A stretch of 64,000 nucleotides of DNA, from contig CAVRIT010000002.1 in the NCBI GenBank assembly GCA_963721345.1, forward strand, positions 16,885 through 80,884. Direction: 5' to 3'. Shown here one piece after another: positions 17,983-28,288 of the stretch. A model generated the notes under the pieces. The model did not search any database. It was given only the letters and a program-made list of their open reading frames with translations, and had not been told where the DNA came from. This DNA is from an uncultured Actinomycetes bacterium (lineage in GTDB: Bacteria; Actinomycetota; Thermoleophilia; Gaiellales; Gaiellaceae). Position numbers and translations under genes: made by a program. Each line of letters starts with the position of its first letter. Position 1 is the stretch's first letter.

Positions 17983-18267
17983 TCAAGAGATCTCCCGCTT
18001 CGTCAGCTCGAGGATCTGCTTGTAGAGCTCCTCGAGCCCTTCCTGCGAGAGCGGGCCGCGGTTCGCACGGATCATGTCTCGGAGCATCCACTCCTCGCGC
18101 TGCGGGTCGACGAAGTCGTAGCCGCGCTCTTCCTTGTAGCTCTTTAGACGCTGGACCAGCCGCAGCCGCGCGTTGACCGCCTCGATCAGCGCGCGGTCGT
18201 TGTCGGAGATCTCCTCGCGCAGCTGGCGCACGAAGGCGTCCTGGCCCGGGTCTTGGCTTGGCTCCAC
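17983..18267 (-). CDS. Chorismate mutase (AroQ class, monofunctional)
   Basis: LREEISDNDRALIEAVNARLRLVQRLKSYKEERGYDFVDPQREEWMLRDM. GTG start at 18267; an alternative GTG at 18231 gives an 82-aa protein. Confidence 0.85.
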   Translation of the reverse strand: MEPSQDPGQDAFVRQLREEISDNDRALIEAVNARLRLVQRLKSYKEERGYDFVDPQREEWMLRDMIRANRGPLSQEGLEELYKQILELTKREIS

Positions 18268-18289
18268 GACCGGAACCTACACTTGCCCG

Positions 18290-19342
18290 ATGGCCACTCC
18301 GACGACTCCGAGCGCGGCACCCGAGCTCTTGATCGTGATGGCGGCCGGTGCGACGCCGGACCAGACCGAGCATGTCGTCGCTCGTCTGCGGGAGGCCGGC
18401 GCCGACGCGAGGGTCTCACGGGGCCGCGAGGCGACGGTGATCGGCGCGATCGGCGAGCGGGAGACGCTGAGCGAGCTTCCGCTCGAGGCGTACCCCGGCG
18501 TGGAGCGCGTCCTGCCGATCCTCAAGCCGTACAAGCTGGTCTCGCGCGAGCTTTCGCCGGACCCGACCGTGATCGAGGTCGACGGCAGGCGGATCGGCGA
18601 CACCTCCTTCGGGCTCATCGCCGGACCGTGCACGGTCGAGTACCGCGAGCAGACGCTCGAGACGGCGCGGGCCGTCGCGGCGGCCGGCGCGACGATGCTC
18701 CGCGGCGGCGCGTTCAAGCCGCGCACCTCGCCGTACACCTTTCAGGGGCTCGGCCTCGACGCGCTCGAGGTGCTGCGCGAGGCGCGCGAAGAGACCGGCC
18801 TGCCGATCGTCACGGAGCTGATGGACCCGCGGCACGTCGAGGAGGTGATCGAGGTCGCCGACGTCGTCCAGATCGGCGCGCGGAACATGCAGAACTTCCT
18901 CCTGCTCGCCGAAGTGGGCCGGACCGACAAGCCGGTGCTCCTGAAGCGCGGGGCGTCGGCGTCGATCGAGGAGCTGCTGATGGCGGCCGAGTACATCGCG
19001 AAGGAGGGGAACGAGCGGATCATCCTCTGCGAGCGCGGGATCAAGACGTTCGAATCGTCCCTCCGGTACACGCTAGACCTGGGCTCGGTGGCCGTGCTGA
19101 AGGAGGAGACGCACCTGCCGGTGATCGTCGACCCCTCGCATGCCGCGGGGCGCCGGGCGCTGGTCCTGCCACTGGCCCGGGCGGCTGTGGCGGTGGGCGC
19201 CGACGGGATCATCGTCGAGGCACACCCGCGGCCCGAGGAGGCTCTCTGCGACGGCCCGCAGCAGCTCTCGACGGCCGAGTTCGGGGAGTTCGCGCGCGAG
19301 GTGGGACGGTTCGTCGCGCTGATGGGCAAGCAGATCGGGTGA
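18290..19342 (+). CDS. aroF: 3-deoxy-7-phosphoheptulonate (DAHP) synthase, type I-beta with N-terminal regulatory domain
   Basis: The ~70-aa ferredoxin/ACT-like N-terminus (LLIVMAAGATPDQTEHVVARLREAG) is followed by GPCTVEY ... LRGGAFKPRTSPYTFQGLG ... VQIGARNMQNF ... KRG ... DPSHA. Confidence 0.9.
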   Translation: MATPTTPSAAPELLIVMAAGATPDQTEHVVARLREAGADARVSRGREATVIGAIGERETLSELPLEAYPGVERVLPILKPYKLVSRELSPDPTVIEVDGRRIGDTSFGLIAGPCTVEYREQTLETARAVAAAGATMLRGGAFKPRTSPYTFQGLGLDALEVLREAREETGLPIVTELMDPRHVEEVIEVADVVQIGARNMQNFLLLAEVGRTDKPVLLKRGASASIEELLMAAEYIAKEGNERIILCERGIKTFESSLRYTLDLGSVAVLKEETHLPVIVDPSHAAGRRALVLPLARAAVAVGADGIIVEAHPRPEEALCDGPQQLSTAEFGEFAREVGRFVALMGKQIG

Positions 19343-20427
19343 GAGTCGCAATCGTCGGCACCGGGCTGATCGGCGCGTCGGTCGGCCTGGCGGCGAAGCG
19401 CGGCGGCGCGACGGTGGTCGGATACGACGCGGACCGTGCGGTCGCCGACGTTGCGGCCGAGCGCGGGGCGGTGGACGAGGTCGCGGGGTCGTTGGAGGAG
19501 GCGCTCGCGGCGGCAGAGCTCGCGGTGGTCGGAGTCCCGGTCGGCCAGCTTCCCGCGGAGGTTCGCGCGGTGCTCGCGGCGAGCGACGAGCGTTGCACGG
19601 TGACGGACGTCGGCTCGACGAAGGCTGCGGCGTGCGCGGCGGCCGACGGCTCTCCTCGGTTCGTAGGTGGTCATCCCGTCTGCGGATCGGAGGCGCGGGG
19701 ACCGGAGCACGCGAGCGCCGACCTGTTCGAGGGCGCGACGTGGTTCCTGACACCGCTGCCGCAGACGGATTCGGACCGTCACCGCCTCGTCCACGGGTTC
19801 GTCAGCGAGCTCGGGGCGACGCCGGTTGCGGTCGACCCCGTTGCCCACGACCGCCTCGTCGCGCTGACGAGCCACCTGCCGCACGTGCTCGCAAACGTGC
19901 TCGTCAACCAGGCCGGGGCGACACGGATCGACGGGCACCAGCCGCTCTCCTCGGCGGGCGGGTCGCTTCGCGACATGACCCGCGTCGCCGGTGCGAACCC
20001 CCGGATCTGGGTCGACATCTTCCTCGAGAACGCGGGCCCGCTTCGCGACGCGCTCGCCGAGCATCGCCGCGGTCTCGAGCAGGTCGAGTCGGCGCTCGCG
20101 TCGGGAGACGCCGGCTTCCTCGCCCGCTGGGTCGGCGAGGCGTCGCTCAACCGGCGCGCCATGATCACCGAGGCCTACGGGGATCCCGGCGAGCTCCACC
20201 GGCTCCGCGTCCACGTGCCGGACCGGCCGGGAGTGCTCGCGGGCATCACGCAGGCGCTCGGCGCGGAACGGATCAACATCGAGGACTTCGAGCTCCAGCA
20301 CCAGTCGACCGACCGGGGCGGCACGCTGGCGCTCCTCGTGGCCGGCGCCGAGGAAGCCGAGCGGGCGGCGGCGCTCCTCGAGGCCCAGGGCTACGGCGTC
20401 GTCGTCGCGCCGGCGCTCGACGAATGA
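19339..20427 (+). CDS. tyrA: Prephenate dehydrogenase with C-terminal ACT domain
   Basis: GTG overlaps the aroF stop (GTGA). VAIVGTGLIGASVGLAAKR ... DVGSTK ... GGHPVCGSE ... SHLPHVLA, then the ACT-like segment LRVHVPDRPGVLAGITQALGAERINIEDFEL. Confidence 0.9.
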   Translation: MRVAIVGTGLIGASVGLAAKRGGATVVGYDADRAVADVAAERGAVDEVAGSLEEALAAAELAVVGVPVGQLPAEVRAVLAASDERCTVTDVGSTKAAACAAADGSPRFVGGHPVCGSEARGPEHASADLFEGATWFLTPLPQTDSDRHRLVHGFVSELGATPVAVDPVAHDRLVALTSHLPHVLANVLVNQAGATRIDGHQPLSSAGGSLRDMTRVAGANPRIWVDIFLENAGPLRDALAEHRRGLEQVESALASGDAGFLARWVGEASLNRRAMITEAYGDPGELHRLRVHVPDRPGVLAGITQALGAERINIEDFELQHQSTDRGGTLALLVAGAEEAERAAALLEAQGYGVVVAPALDE

Positions 20428-21707
20428 AGGTCGAGCCGGCGGCATCCGTTCGCGGCGCGATCGCGGTTCCGGGGAACAAGGGCAGCGCCCAGCGCGCTGT
20501 CCTGCTCGGCTCGCTGACGGACGGCGAGAGCGAGATTCGCGGCTTCGGCCGGGCCGAGGACACCGAGGCGGCGATCCGGATCGTCCGGGACGTCGGCGCC
20601 GAGGTCGACGAGGACGGCGACGTCGTGCGGGTGCGCGGCGTTGGGCTGCGGGGGTTGAAGGCGCCCGAGAGCCCGCTCGACTGCGGGAATGCGGGGACGG
20701 TGCTGCGCCTCGCCTCGGGGATCCTGGCGGGCCAGGACGGGACGTTCGTCCTCACCGGCGACGAGTCGCTGTCGCGCCGCCCGCACGAGCGTGTGGCGGA
20801 GCCCCTGCGTCGGATGGGAGCCCGCGTGGAGACGACTGACGGCGGGGCGCCGTTGCTGATCGAGGGCGGGTCGCTGAAGCCGATCCGCTACGTGCTTCCC
20901 GTGGCGAGCGCGCAGGTGAAGTCGGCGGTGCTGTTCGCGGGGATGCTCGCCGAGGGCGGACCGACCACGGTCGTCGAGCCCGTGCCGACCCGCGACCACA
21001 GCGAGCGCCTCCTGCGCGAGCTCGGCGTGCGGGTCGGGCGGCGCGGCGAGGAGGTGTCCGTGCACCCGGTCGAACGTCTTGCGCCGTTTCGGGTCGAGAT
21101 CGCCGGAGATTTCTCCTCCGCGGCGCCGTTCATCGTCGCCGCCACGCTGCTCCACGGGTCGGAGCTCCTCGTGGAAGGCGTGAACGTGAACCCCCTCCGG
21201 ACCGGCCTGCTCGACGTGCTCGAGCGGATGGGCGCCAACATCGCCGTCTTCCACCGGCGGATGGTGAGCGGCGAGCCCGTCGCCGACCTCGAGGTGCGAT
21301 CGGCCCCGCTGACCGCGACCGCCGTGCGAGCCGGGGAGGTGCCGACGCTGATCGACGAGCTGCCGCTCTATGGGCTCGCCGCCGGAATGGCGCGCGGCGA
21401 AAGCGTCGTCCGCGGCGCGCGGGAGCTGCGCGCAAAGGAAACGGACCGGATCGAAACTGTGACAAATGCGCTCCGCGCCCTTGGCGTCCGGGTCTCGGCG
21501 GGCGATGATGGCTTCGGGGTGAGGGGTGTACCCACCCGCCCTAAGGGTGGGGGTGTGGTCGAGGCGCGCGGCGATCACCGGATTGCGATGCTCGGCGCCG
21601 TCGGTGGGCTCGTGTCTCGAGAGGGGACGCAGATCGAAGGTGCCGAGAGCGTGGCGGTAAGCTTCCCCGGATTCTTCGACCTGCTCGACTCGGTGACCCA
21701 GCGATGA
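20424..21707 (+). CDS. aroA: 3-phosphoshikimate 1-carboxyvinyltransferase (EPSP synthase)
   Basis: ATGA overlap with tyrA. PGNKGSAQRAVLLGSL ... LDCGNAGTVLRLASG ... LSRRPHERV ... ELRAKETDRI. Confidence 0.93.
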   Translation: MKVEPAASVRGAIAVPGNKGSAQRAVLLGSLTDGESEIRGFGRAEDTEAAIRIVRDVGAEVDEDGDVVRVRGVGLRGLKAPESPLDCGNAGTVLRLASGILAGQDGTFVLTGDESLSRRPHERVAEPLRRMGARVETTDGGAPLLIEGGSLKPIRYVLPVASAQVKSAVLFAGMLAEGGPTTVVEPVPTRDHSERLLRELGVRVGRRGEEVSVHPVERLAPFRVEIAGDFSSAAPFIVAATLLHGSELLVEGVNVNPLRTGLLDVLERMGANIAVFHRRMVSGEPVADLEVRSAPLTATAVRAGEVPTLIDELPLYGLAAGMARGESVVRGARELRAKETDRIETVTNALRALGVRVSAGDDGFGVRGVPTRPKGGGVVEARGDHRIAMLGAVGGLVSREGTQIEGAESVAVSFPGFFDLLDSVTQR

Positions 21708-22333
21708 TCGTTGCGATCGACGGGCCCGCCGGAGCCGGAAAGAGCACCGTTGCGCGCCGGCTCGCCGAGCGTCTCGGGTTCCGGTATCTGGACACGGGCG
21801 CCATGTACCGGGCCGTCACCTGGCTCGCGGTCGAGCGATCCCTCGATCTCGAGGACGGCGCGGCGCTCGGTTCGCTCGCCGAAGGGAATCCCGTCGACCT
21901 GGACGAGGCAGGCACCGTGACGATCGCCGGCAACGACGTCACCGACGCGATCCGCCAGGCGGAGATCGACCGGCTCGTCCCGATCGCCGCGCGGCACCCC
22001 GAGGTGCGCGATGTGATGCGCCGGCGCCAGCGCGAGCTCGCCGACCTCGGAAACGCCGTGATCGAGGGACGGGACATCGGGACCGTGGTCGTCCCCGATG
22101 CCGAGGTCAAGGTCTACTTGTACGCCGATCCCGGCATTCGCGCCCGCCGCCGCCAGGCCGAACGCCCGGACATCGGCGGCGATGCGCTCGCGACAGACCT
22201 CCGGCTCCGCGACGAGAGCGACGCCGCGCGGATGCAGCCCGCAGGCGACGCCCAGCAGATCGACACGACGGAGCTCGACGTGGAGGACGTCGTCGGCCGG
22301 ATCGAGGCGCTCGTCCGGACGCGGGTCGCATGA
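21704..22333 (+). CDS. cmk: Cytidylate kinase
   Basis: MIVAIDGPAGAGKSTVARRLAERLGFRYLDTGAMYRAV; ATGA overlap with aroA. Confidence 0.93.
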   Translation: MIVAIDGPAGAGKSTVARRLAERLGFRYLDTGAMYRAVTWLAVERSLDLEDGAALGSLAEGNPVDLDEAGTVTIAGNDVTDAIRQAEIDRLVPIAARHPEVRDVMRRRQRELADLGNAVIEGRDIGTVVVPDAEVKVYLYADPGIRARRRQAERPDIGGDALATDLRLRDESDAARMQPAGDAQQIDTTELDVEDVVGRIEALVRTRVA

Positions 22334-22980
22334 ACAGCACCGACGTCGCCTGGAGCATCGGCCGCGTGGTGTTCGGCGGGACCCTTCGGGCGCTTGCGCC
22401 CCTGCGCGTCTACGGCAGCGAACGTGTGCCCTCGACGGGCGGCGTCGTGCTCGCGATGAACCACTTCTCGTGGCTCGATCCGCCCGCCTTCGGGGCCGCG
22501 TGTCCCCGGAACTTCCGCTTCATGGCGAAGTCCGAGCTGCACGGCGTGCCTCTCATCGGCCCGCTGATCCGGTCGTTCGGCACCTTCGCGGTGCGGCGTG
22601 GCGAGTCGGACCGCGAAGCCGTGCGGCTGATGCGCGAGTGCGTCCGCGAGGGAGACGCGCTCGGCCTGTTCGTCGAGGGGACCCGCCAGCGCAACGGTGT
22701 GCCCGGTGAGGCGAAGCCGGGCGCGGCGATGGTGGCGCTGCAGGAGCGCGTGCCGATCGTCCCGGCCGCGATCCACGGGACGCAGCTCTGGAAGCCTGGC
22801 AGCTTCCAGCCGATCTCCGTCGCGTGGGGCCGGCCGCTCTCCTTCGACGGCCTGCCCGCGAACGGCAAGGGCTATCGCGAGGCCTCGACGGAGGTCGAGC
22901 GTGAGATCCACGGGCTCTGGCGCTTCCTGGTCGACGCGCACGCGCTCGGCCGGCCGCGCCACGCCACCCCACCGGCGTGA
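22330..22980 (+). CDS. plsC: 1-acyl-sn-glycerol-3-phosphate acyltransferase
   Basis: HX4D block NHFSWLDP, then [11 protein letters not shown] and IVPAAIHG. Confidence 0.85.
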   Translation: MNSTDVAWSIGRVVFGGTLRALAPLRVYGSERVPSTGGVVLAMNHFSWLDPPAFGAACPRNFRFMAKSELHGVPLIGPLIRSFGTFAVRRGESDREAVRLMRECVREGDALGLFVEGTRQRNGVPGEAKPGAAMVALQERVPIVPAAIHGTQLWKPGSFQPISVAWGRPLSFDGLPANGKGYREASTEVEREIHGLWRFLVDAHALGRPRHATPPA

Positions 22981-24296
22981 TCGAGCGCCCACCGGAACTC
23001 GCGGGGACGGCCGCAATCGTCGGCTTCCCGAATGTCGGAAAGTCGACCCTCGTGAACCGGCTGACGGCCACGCGCGACGCGGTCGTGCACGAGACGCCCG
23101 GCGTGACACGGGACCGGAAGGAGCTGCTCTGCGAGTGGCGCGGGCAGAGGTTCCTGCTCGTCGACACAGGCGGCGTCGACCTCGCCGACAGCTCGGAGAT
23201 CACGCGACAGATCGTCGAGCAGGCCCGCGCCGCGATCGACGAAGCCGACCTCGTGCTGTTCGTCGTCGATGCCCAGCTGGGAGTGACGCCCGGCGACGAG
23301 GAGGTCGCCGATCTCCTTCGCCGGTCGGGCCGCCCCGTGCTGGTGATCGCGAACAAGATCGACGACCCGGCGCGCACCGACGCGATGCACGAGTTTCACC
23401 GGCTCGGGCTCGGCGAGCCGACGCCGATCTCGGCGCTCCACGGGCACGGGACCGGAGATTTGCTCGATGCGATCCTCGAGCGGCTTCCGGGCCGCGCCGC
23501 CCGCCCGGAGATCCCGGAGGACGCGATCCGGGTTGCGATCCTCGGCCGGCCGAACGTCGGCAAGTCGAGCCTCGTAAACGCGCTCGTCGGCCAGGACCGG
23601 GTGATCGTCTCGGAGACGCCAGGCACGACCCGCGACGCGATCGACACCGTGCTCGTCCGCGGCGACCGCACCTTCGTCCTCGTCGACACCGCCGGACTGC
23701 GCCGGAAGCGAAAGCAGCGGCAGGGGATCGAGTACTACTCGGAGCTCCGTGCGCTCCAGGCGGCCGAGCGGGCAGACGTCGCGCTCGTCCTCGTCGACTC
23801 GAGCGAGGGGCTCGTCGACCAGGACCTCGCGGTGGCTGACGTGGCCCGAAAGGCGCAGAACTCCACACTCGTCGTGGCGTCGAAGTGGGACGTCGGCCAG
23901 ACGACGATCGAAGAGCTGCGGCCCCGCCTTCTGGACCGCCTCAAGCAGCGCCCGCCGCTCGTCGCGGTCTCCGCCAAGACCGGCCGCGGCATCGAGCGTC
24001 TCCTCGACCGGATCGAAGAGCTCTACGACAAGCACACCTCGCGCATCACGACCGGCGAGCTGAACCGGTTCCTCGGCCAGCTACGCGAAGCGCGCCAGCC
24101 TCCCTCGCGGAACGGCAAGCGGCTGAACCTCCTCTACGGCACGCAGACCCAGGCGCGCCCGCCGCGCTTCCGGTTCTTCGTCAACGACCCGGGGCTCGTC
24201 ACCCGCGACTACGGGTACTGGGTCGAGAACCAGTTGCGGGACCGCTTCGAGCTGCAAGGGGTGCCGGTATCCATCGACTTCGTCAGGCGATCGTGA
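22977..24296 (+). CDS. der: Ribosome-biogenesis GTPase Der (EngA), two GTPase domains plus KH-like domain
   Basis: [14 protein letters not shown] ... DTGG and [14 protein letters not shown] ... DTAG ... SKWD. Confidence 0.95.
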   Translation: MIERPPELAGTAAIVGFPNVGKSTLVNRLTATRDAVVHETPGVTRDRKELLCEWRGQRFLLVDTGGVDLADSSEITRQIVEQARAAIDEADLVLFVVDAQLGVTPGDEEVADLLRRSGRPVLVIANKIDDPARTDAMHEFHRLGLGEPTPISALHGHGTGDLLDAILERLPGRAARPEIPEDAIRVAILGRPNVGKSSLVNALVGQDRVIVSETPGTTRDAIDTVLVRGDRTFVLVDTAGLRRKRKQRQGIEYYSELRALQAAERADVALVLVDSSEGLVDQDLAVADVARKAQNSTLVVASKWDVGQTTIEELRPRLLDRLKQRPPLVAVSAKTGRGIERLLDRIEELYDKHTSRITTGELNRFLGQLREARQPPSRNGKRLNLLYGTQTQARPPRFRFFVNDPGLVTRDYGYWVENQLRDRFELQGVPVSIDFVRRS

Positions 24297-25159
24297 AAGC
24301 GGTGGTCGTCGGGGCGGGGGCGTGGGGCACGGTCTTCGCCGGCCTCCTGCGCGACCGCGGTCACCAGGTGACGCTGCGCGGCAGAGATCGCAAGCGGTCG
24401 GACTTTCGGGGCGCCGATCTCGTCGTCGTCGCCGTTCCCAGCCGCTCGTTCGGGAAGGTCGTCGATTCGCTGCCCGGGTCCGCGCCGCTCCTCAGCCTCA
24501 CCAAGGGCCTCGATCCGGACACCGGCGGGCGGCTTTCCAGCCGGGTCAAGGGGAGGTTGTTCGCGATGCTCTCGGGCCCGAACATCGCTCAGGAGATCGC
24601 GGCCGGATTCCCTGCCGCAGCCGTGATCGCGAGCGAGAGCGAGAGGCTGGCGCTCGAGCTGCAACACGCGATCAACTCGCCGACCTTCCGCGTCTACGTG
24701 AACTCGGACCCGGCAGGTGTCGAGCTGGCTGCGGCTGCCAAGAACGTGATCGCGCTCGCCGCGGGAGCGATGGACGGGCTCGGGCTCGGCACCAACGCGA
24801 AGGCCGCGCTGATCACGCTCGGCCTCGCCGACATGCGGCGCCTCGGCGTCGCCACCGGCGCTCGCGCGGAGACCTTCGCGGGGCTGGCCGGGACGGGCGA
24901 CGTGCTCGTCACGTGCTGGAGCCGGCACAGCCGCAACCGGCGCGCCGGCGCGCTGATGGCTCGCGGCGCGACGCCGCAGGACGCGCTCCGCAAGCTCGGG
25001 ACGGTGGAGGGGCTGACGACAGCGCCGATCCTCCTCGAGCTCTCCCACAGCCTGGGGATCGAGCTCCCGATCACGACCGGGATCGTGGACGCGCTCGAGG
25101 GGCGCCCGATCGGACACGTGATCGCCGATTTCATGCGTCGTCCGCCGACGGGCGAATGA
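24293..25159 (+). CDS. gpsA: NAD(P)H-dependent glycerol-3-phosphate dehydrogenase
   Basis: GTGA overlap with der. [16 protein letters not shown] ... LTKGL ... [11 protein letters not shown] ... [11 protein letters not shown]. Confidence 0.9.
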   Translation: MKAVVVGAGAWGTVFAGLLRDRGHQVTLRGRDRKRSDFRGADLVVVAVPSRSFGKVVDSLPGSAPLLSLTKGLDPDTGGRLSSRVKGRLFAMLSGPNIAQEIAAGFPAAAVIASESERLALELQHAINSPTFRVYVNSDPAGVELAAAAKNVIALAAGAMDGLGLGTNAKAALITLGLADMRRLGVATGARAETFAGLAGTGDVLVTCWSRHSRNRRAGALMARGATPQDALRKLGTVEGLTTAPILLELSHSLGIELPITTGIVDALEGRPIGHVIADFMRRPPTGE

Positions 25160-26650
25160 CCGTGACTACGATGGCTGGGATGCGCGCCGTCGTCGTTACC
25201 GTGCTCGTTTCGCTCGCTGTCGTCGCCGGCGGCTGCGGCGGGAGCCAGGCGGGCGCGACCGACAGCGCCGCCACGCACCTGAAGCCCGGCGCGCTCGTCT
25301 ACTGGGAGACGGTCAGCGACCCCGACTCCGAGCAGTGGGAGCAGGTCGAGGGGCTCCTGCGACGTTTCCCCGACGGCGAGAAGTGGCTCCGGATGCTGCG
25401 CGAGGAGCTCGAGCAGGAGGCCGAGGGGACGGTCACGTGGCCGGAGATCAGGGAGGCGCTCGGCGACCAGGTCGTCGTCGCTGCGTACCTCGATTCGGCG
25501 GACGCCGACCCCGCGGTCGTCGGATTGACGAACCCCGCGGACACGGGCAAGACCACCGAGGTCATCCGCAAGCTCAACGAGGCAGACTCGGACGGCAAGG
25601 ACCAGATCGTGAGCCGCGTCGTCGACGACTGGGTCGTGCTCTCCGACAAGGAGGCGTCGATCGACGCAGCGCTGGCCGCGGACGGGCAGCGCGCTCTCGG
25701 CGACGAGGAGAGCTTCACGTCAGGGCTCGCGGAGCTCCCGGAGGACTCGCTGAGCCGCGTCTACGTGGACGTGGCGAACGCCGTCGAGCGCTTGGGACCA
25801 AAACATCGGCGGCGAGGAGCGGGACATCCTCGAGTCCTTCGGCCTCGACGAGATCGACTTCGCCGGAGCCTGGGCCCGTGCTGAGGACGGCGGCGCGAAC
25901 ATTGCGGCGGTCGCCGAGGGCGGCTCGCTCGACCGCATCTTCGGCACGGGTGACCCCTTCACCTCGAAGCTCCTCGAGCGTGTCCCGGACGACGCGTTCG
26001 CCTTCGTCACCTTCCGCGGCGACGCCGCCACGCAGCAGCTCGACAAGCTGAAGGGCAACGCGCTCTATCGCATGGCCGCGCGGGAGTTCGAGGAGTTCCT
26101 CGGCGTGACCATCGACGACCTGGCGGCCGTCTTGGAAGGAGAGGTCGCGTTCTACGCGCGTCGTGGCGTGCCGTTTCCGGAGTTCACGCTCCTGATCGAC
26201 GCCGACGATCCCGAGGCTGCGCGGGCGACGGTGGATCGTGTTCTGCGCGCCGCTGCGCGGCGCCTCGAGGGCGAGGTGACCGAGAACGGAGGCGTCACGA
26301 CCGCCGACTTCGGCCCCATCAGGGTCAACCTGGCCGCGTCGGACGACCTGATCGTCCTGACGACGTCACGAACCGGCATCGGGGATCTCGAGGCGAGCGG
26401 CGACAAGCTGCCCGACGACGACGCGTTCAAGAGCGCACTCGACGCGGCCGACACCCCGGACGCATACACGGGCCTGGCGTGGGTCGACCTCGCCGAGGCG
26501 ATCGAGCTGGCGCTCGGCTTCGCCGAGGCGTCGGACGAAGGCCTCCCGGCGGAGGTCAGGCGGAACCTCCAGCCGCTGAAGTCGTTCGTCGCCTGGGGCA
26601 CAGGCGACGCGGGCTCCGCCGAAGTCCGAGCGTTCCTGGGAATCGATTAG
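25156..26650 (+). pseudogene. DUF3352-like lipoprotein, split by a 1-nt insertion near 25794-25797
   Basis: Lipobox VSLAVVAGGCGG. Frame 1 codes up to ...VYVDVANAVERL. The +1 frame continues (DQNIGGEERDILESFGLDEIDFAGAW ... into the 26072..26650 ORF). Length is 1495 nt (3n+1). Confidence 0.7.
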
Positions 26651-26663
26651 CCTTCCCGGCCGC

Positions 26664-27917
26664 ATGGCAGCGCGCGACTTCCTCTTCACCTCCGAGTCCG
26701 TCACCGAGGGACACCCCGACAAGATCGCCGACCAGGTCTCCGACACGGTCCTCGACGCCGTCCTCGAGGACGACCCGCATGGGCGCGTCGCCTGCGAGAC
26801 GCTGATCACCACCGGCCTCGTCGTCGTGGCCGGGGAGATCTCCACAGAGACCTACGTCGACATTTCGCGCCTGGCTCGCGACAAGATCGCCGAGATCGGC
26901 TACACGCACTCGGAGTGGGGGTTCGACGCGCATACCTGCGGCGTGATCGTGGCGCTCGACGAGCAGTCGCCGGACATCGCGCAGGGCGTCGACCAGGCGT
27001 ACGAGGTGCAGCACGACCCCGACGACGACGATCCGCTCGACCGGGTCGGCGCCGGCGACCAGGGGATGATGTTCGGCTACGCGACGAAGGAGACGCCGGA
27101 GCTGATGCCGCTCCCGATCATGCTCGCGCACAAAATCGCGCGGCGGCTCGCCGGGGTGCGGAAGTCGGAGCAGCTGAAGTACCTGCGCCCCGACGGCAAG
27201 GCCCAGGTGACGGTGCGCTACGAGGTCGACGAGCACGATCGCCAGGTGCCTGTCGAGATCGTGCGCCTCCTCGTCTCGACGCAGCACGCCGAGAACGTCG
27301 ACGCGGACACGATCAAGGAGGACATCGTCGAGCACGTCCTCCACCCGATCCTCGACCCGCGCCTGTACGACGAGCGCCGGCTCTACGACGACCGCGACTT
27401 CGTCTACGTCAATCCGACCGGCAAGTTCGTCCTCGGGGGGCCGATGGGCGACACGGGCCTCACCGGGCGAAAGATCATCGTCGACACCTACGGCGGCGCG
27501 GCACGCCACGGCGGCGGCGCGTTCTCCGGCAAGGATCCGACAAAGGTCGACCGATCGGCGGCGTACGCCGCGCGGTACGTGGCGAAGAACGTCGTCGCGG
27601 CTGATCTCGCCGAGCGGTGCGAGGTGAACGTGGCGTACGCGATCGGCGTCGCCCACCCGGTCTCGATCGCGGTGCGGACCTTCGGGACCGAGCAGATTCC
27701 CGTCACGAAGATCGAGGAGCTCGTCCGCGAGCACTTCGACCTGCGTCCCGCTGCGATCCTCCGCGACCTCGACCTCAAGCGGCCGATCTATGCCAAGACT
27801 GCGGCCTACGGCCACTTCGGTCGAGACGAGCACGACTTCACCTGGGAGCGGACGGACAAGGCGGACGCGCTGCGGGCGGCGGCCGGCATCGGCGCCGCTG
27901 AGAAGGCTCCCGCCTAG
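26664..27917 (+). CDS. metK: S-adenosylmethionine synthase
   Basis: [20 protein letters not shown] ... [12 protein letters not shown] ... [16 protein letters not shown]. Confidence 0.97.
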   Translation: MAARDFLFTSESVTEGHPDKIADQVSDTVLDAVLEDDPHGRVACETLITTGLVVVAGEISTETYVDISRLARDKIAEIGYTHSEWGFDAHTCGVIVALDEQSPDIAQGVDQAYEVQHDPDDDDPLDRVGAGDQGMMFGYATKETPELMPLPIMLAHKIARRLAGVRKSEQLKYLRPDGKAQVTVRYEVDEHDRQVPVEIVRLLVSTQHAENVDADTIKEDIVEHVLHPILDPRLYDERRLYDDRDFVYVNPTGKFVLGGPMGDTGLTGRKIIVDTYGGAARHGGGAFSGKDPTKVDRSAAYAARYVAKNVVAADLAERCEVNVAYAIGVAHPVSIAVRTFGTEQIPVTKIEELVREHFDLRPAAILRDLDLKRPIYAKTAAYGHFGRDEHDFTWERTDKADALRAAAGIGAAEKAPA

Positions 27918-28040
27918 CAGGAACTCCTCGGCGCGCTGCGAACCCTGCGCGCATGAGCAAGCAGGCTGCACTCGCCGTGTTGCTGCGCAACCGCGGCGAG
28001 ATCGACGCCGCGCTTCTGGCGCGGTTGCTCGCGGTTACGA

Positions 28041-28110
28041 AGTCGTGACAATGCCTCAACCCACCCTCAAGGGGGTCTGACCCCTCGAGGTTGGTCGAGG
28101 GTTACGCAGG
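28041..28110. repeat. Structured ~68-nt intergenic repeat, copy 1
   Basis: GTGACaATGcCTCAACCcACCCTCAAGGGGgTCTGACCCCTCGAGgttGGTCGAGGGTTACGcAGG. About 88% identical to copy 2 and contains a long imperfect inverted repeat. Confidence 0.85.
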
Positions 28111-28220
28111 TCGGACAGGGAAAGCCCTGGAAGTGAGGTTGTTCCGCCCCAGGGACTCCCCTTCGTGACCGCGGCGAATGGGCCCGGAGTGCGCGCCTTC
28201 GGTGACATTCTGTGCACGAC

Positions 28221-28288
28221 CCGGTGACGATGTCTCAACCAACCCTCAAGGGGTCTGACCCCTCGAGAGCGGTCGAGGGTTACGAGGG
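28221..28288. repeat. Structured ~68-nt intergenic repeat, copy 2 (covers the stop codon of the DtxR-family gene)
   Basis: GTGACgATGtCTCAACCaACCCTCAAGGGG-TCTGACCCCTCGAGagcGGTCGAGGGTTACGaGGG, in the same orientation as copy 1 and 180 nt downstream of it. Confidence 0.85.

Noticed and set aside
26651-26663. SAM riboswitch upstream of metK.
   Set aside because: Only 13 nt separate metK from the preceding gene, so there is no space for a riboswitch aptamer.
27953-28048. 31-aa ORF MSKQAALAVLLRNRGEIDAALLARLLAVTKS directly after metK, with G/C-rich third positions.
   Set aside because: No SD and no recognisable motif. GC3 bias alone is weak evidence at this length. Left unannotated, though it may merit a look if the repeat region is transcribed.
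28051-28080. Mini-ORF MPQPTLKGV* inside repeat copy 1; the same ATG in copy 2 runs on as MSQPTLKGSDPS...
   Set aside because: The two copies differ by a 1-nt indel, so no peptide is conserved. There is no SD. Conservation is at the nucleotide/hairpin level, so I treat it as a structured DNA/RNA repeat and not a gene.
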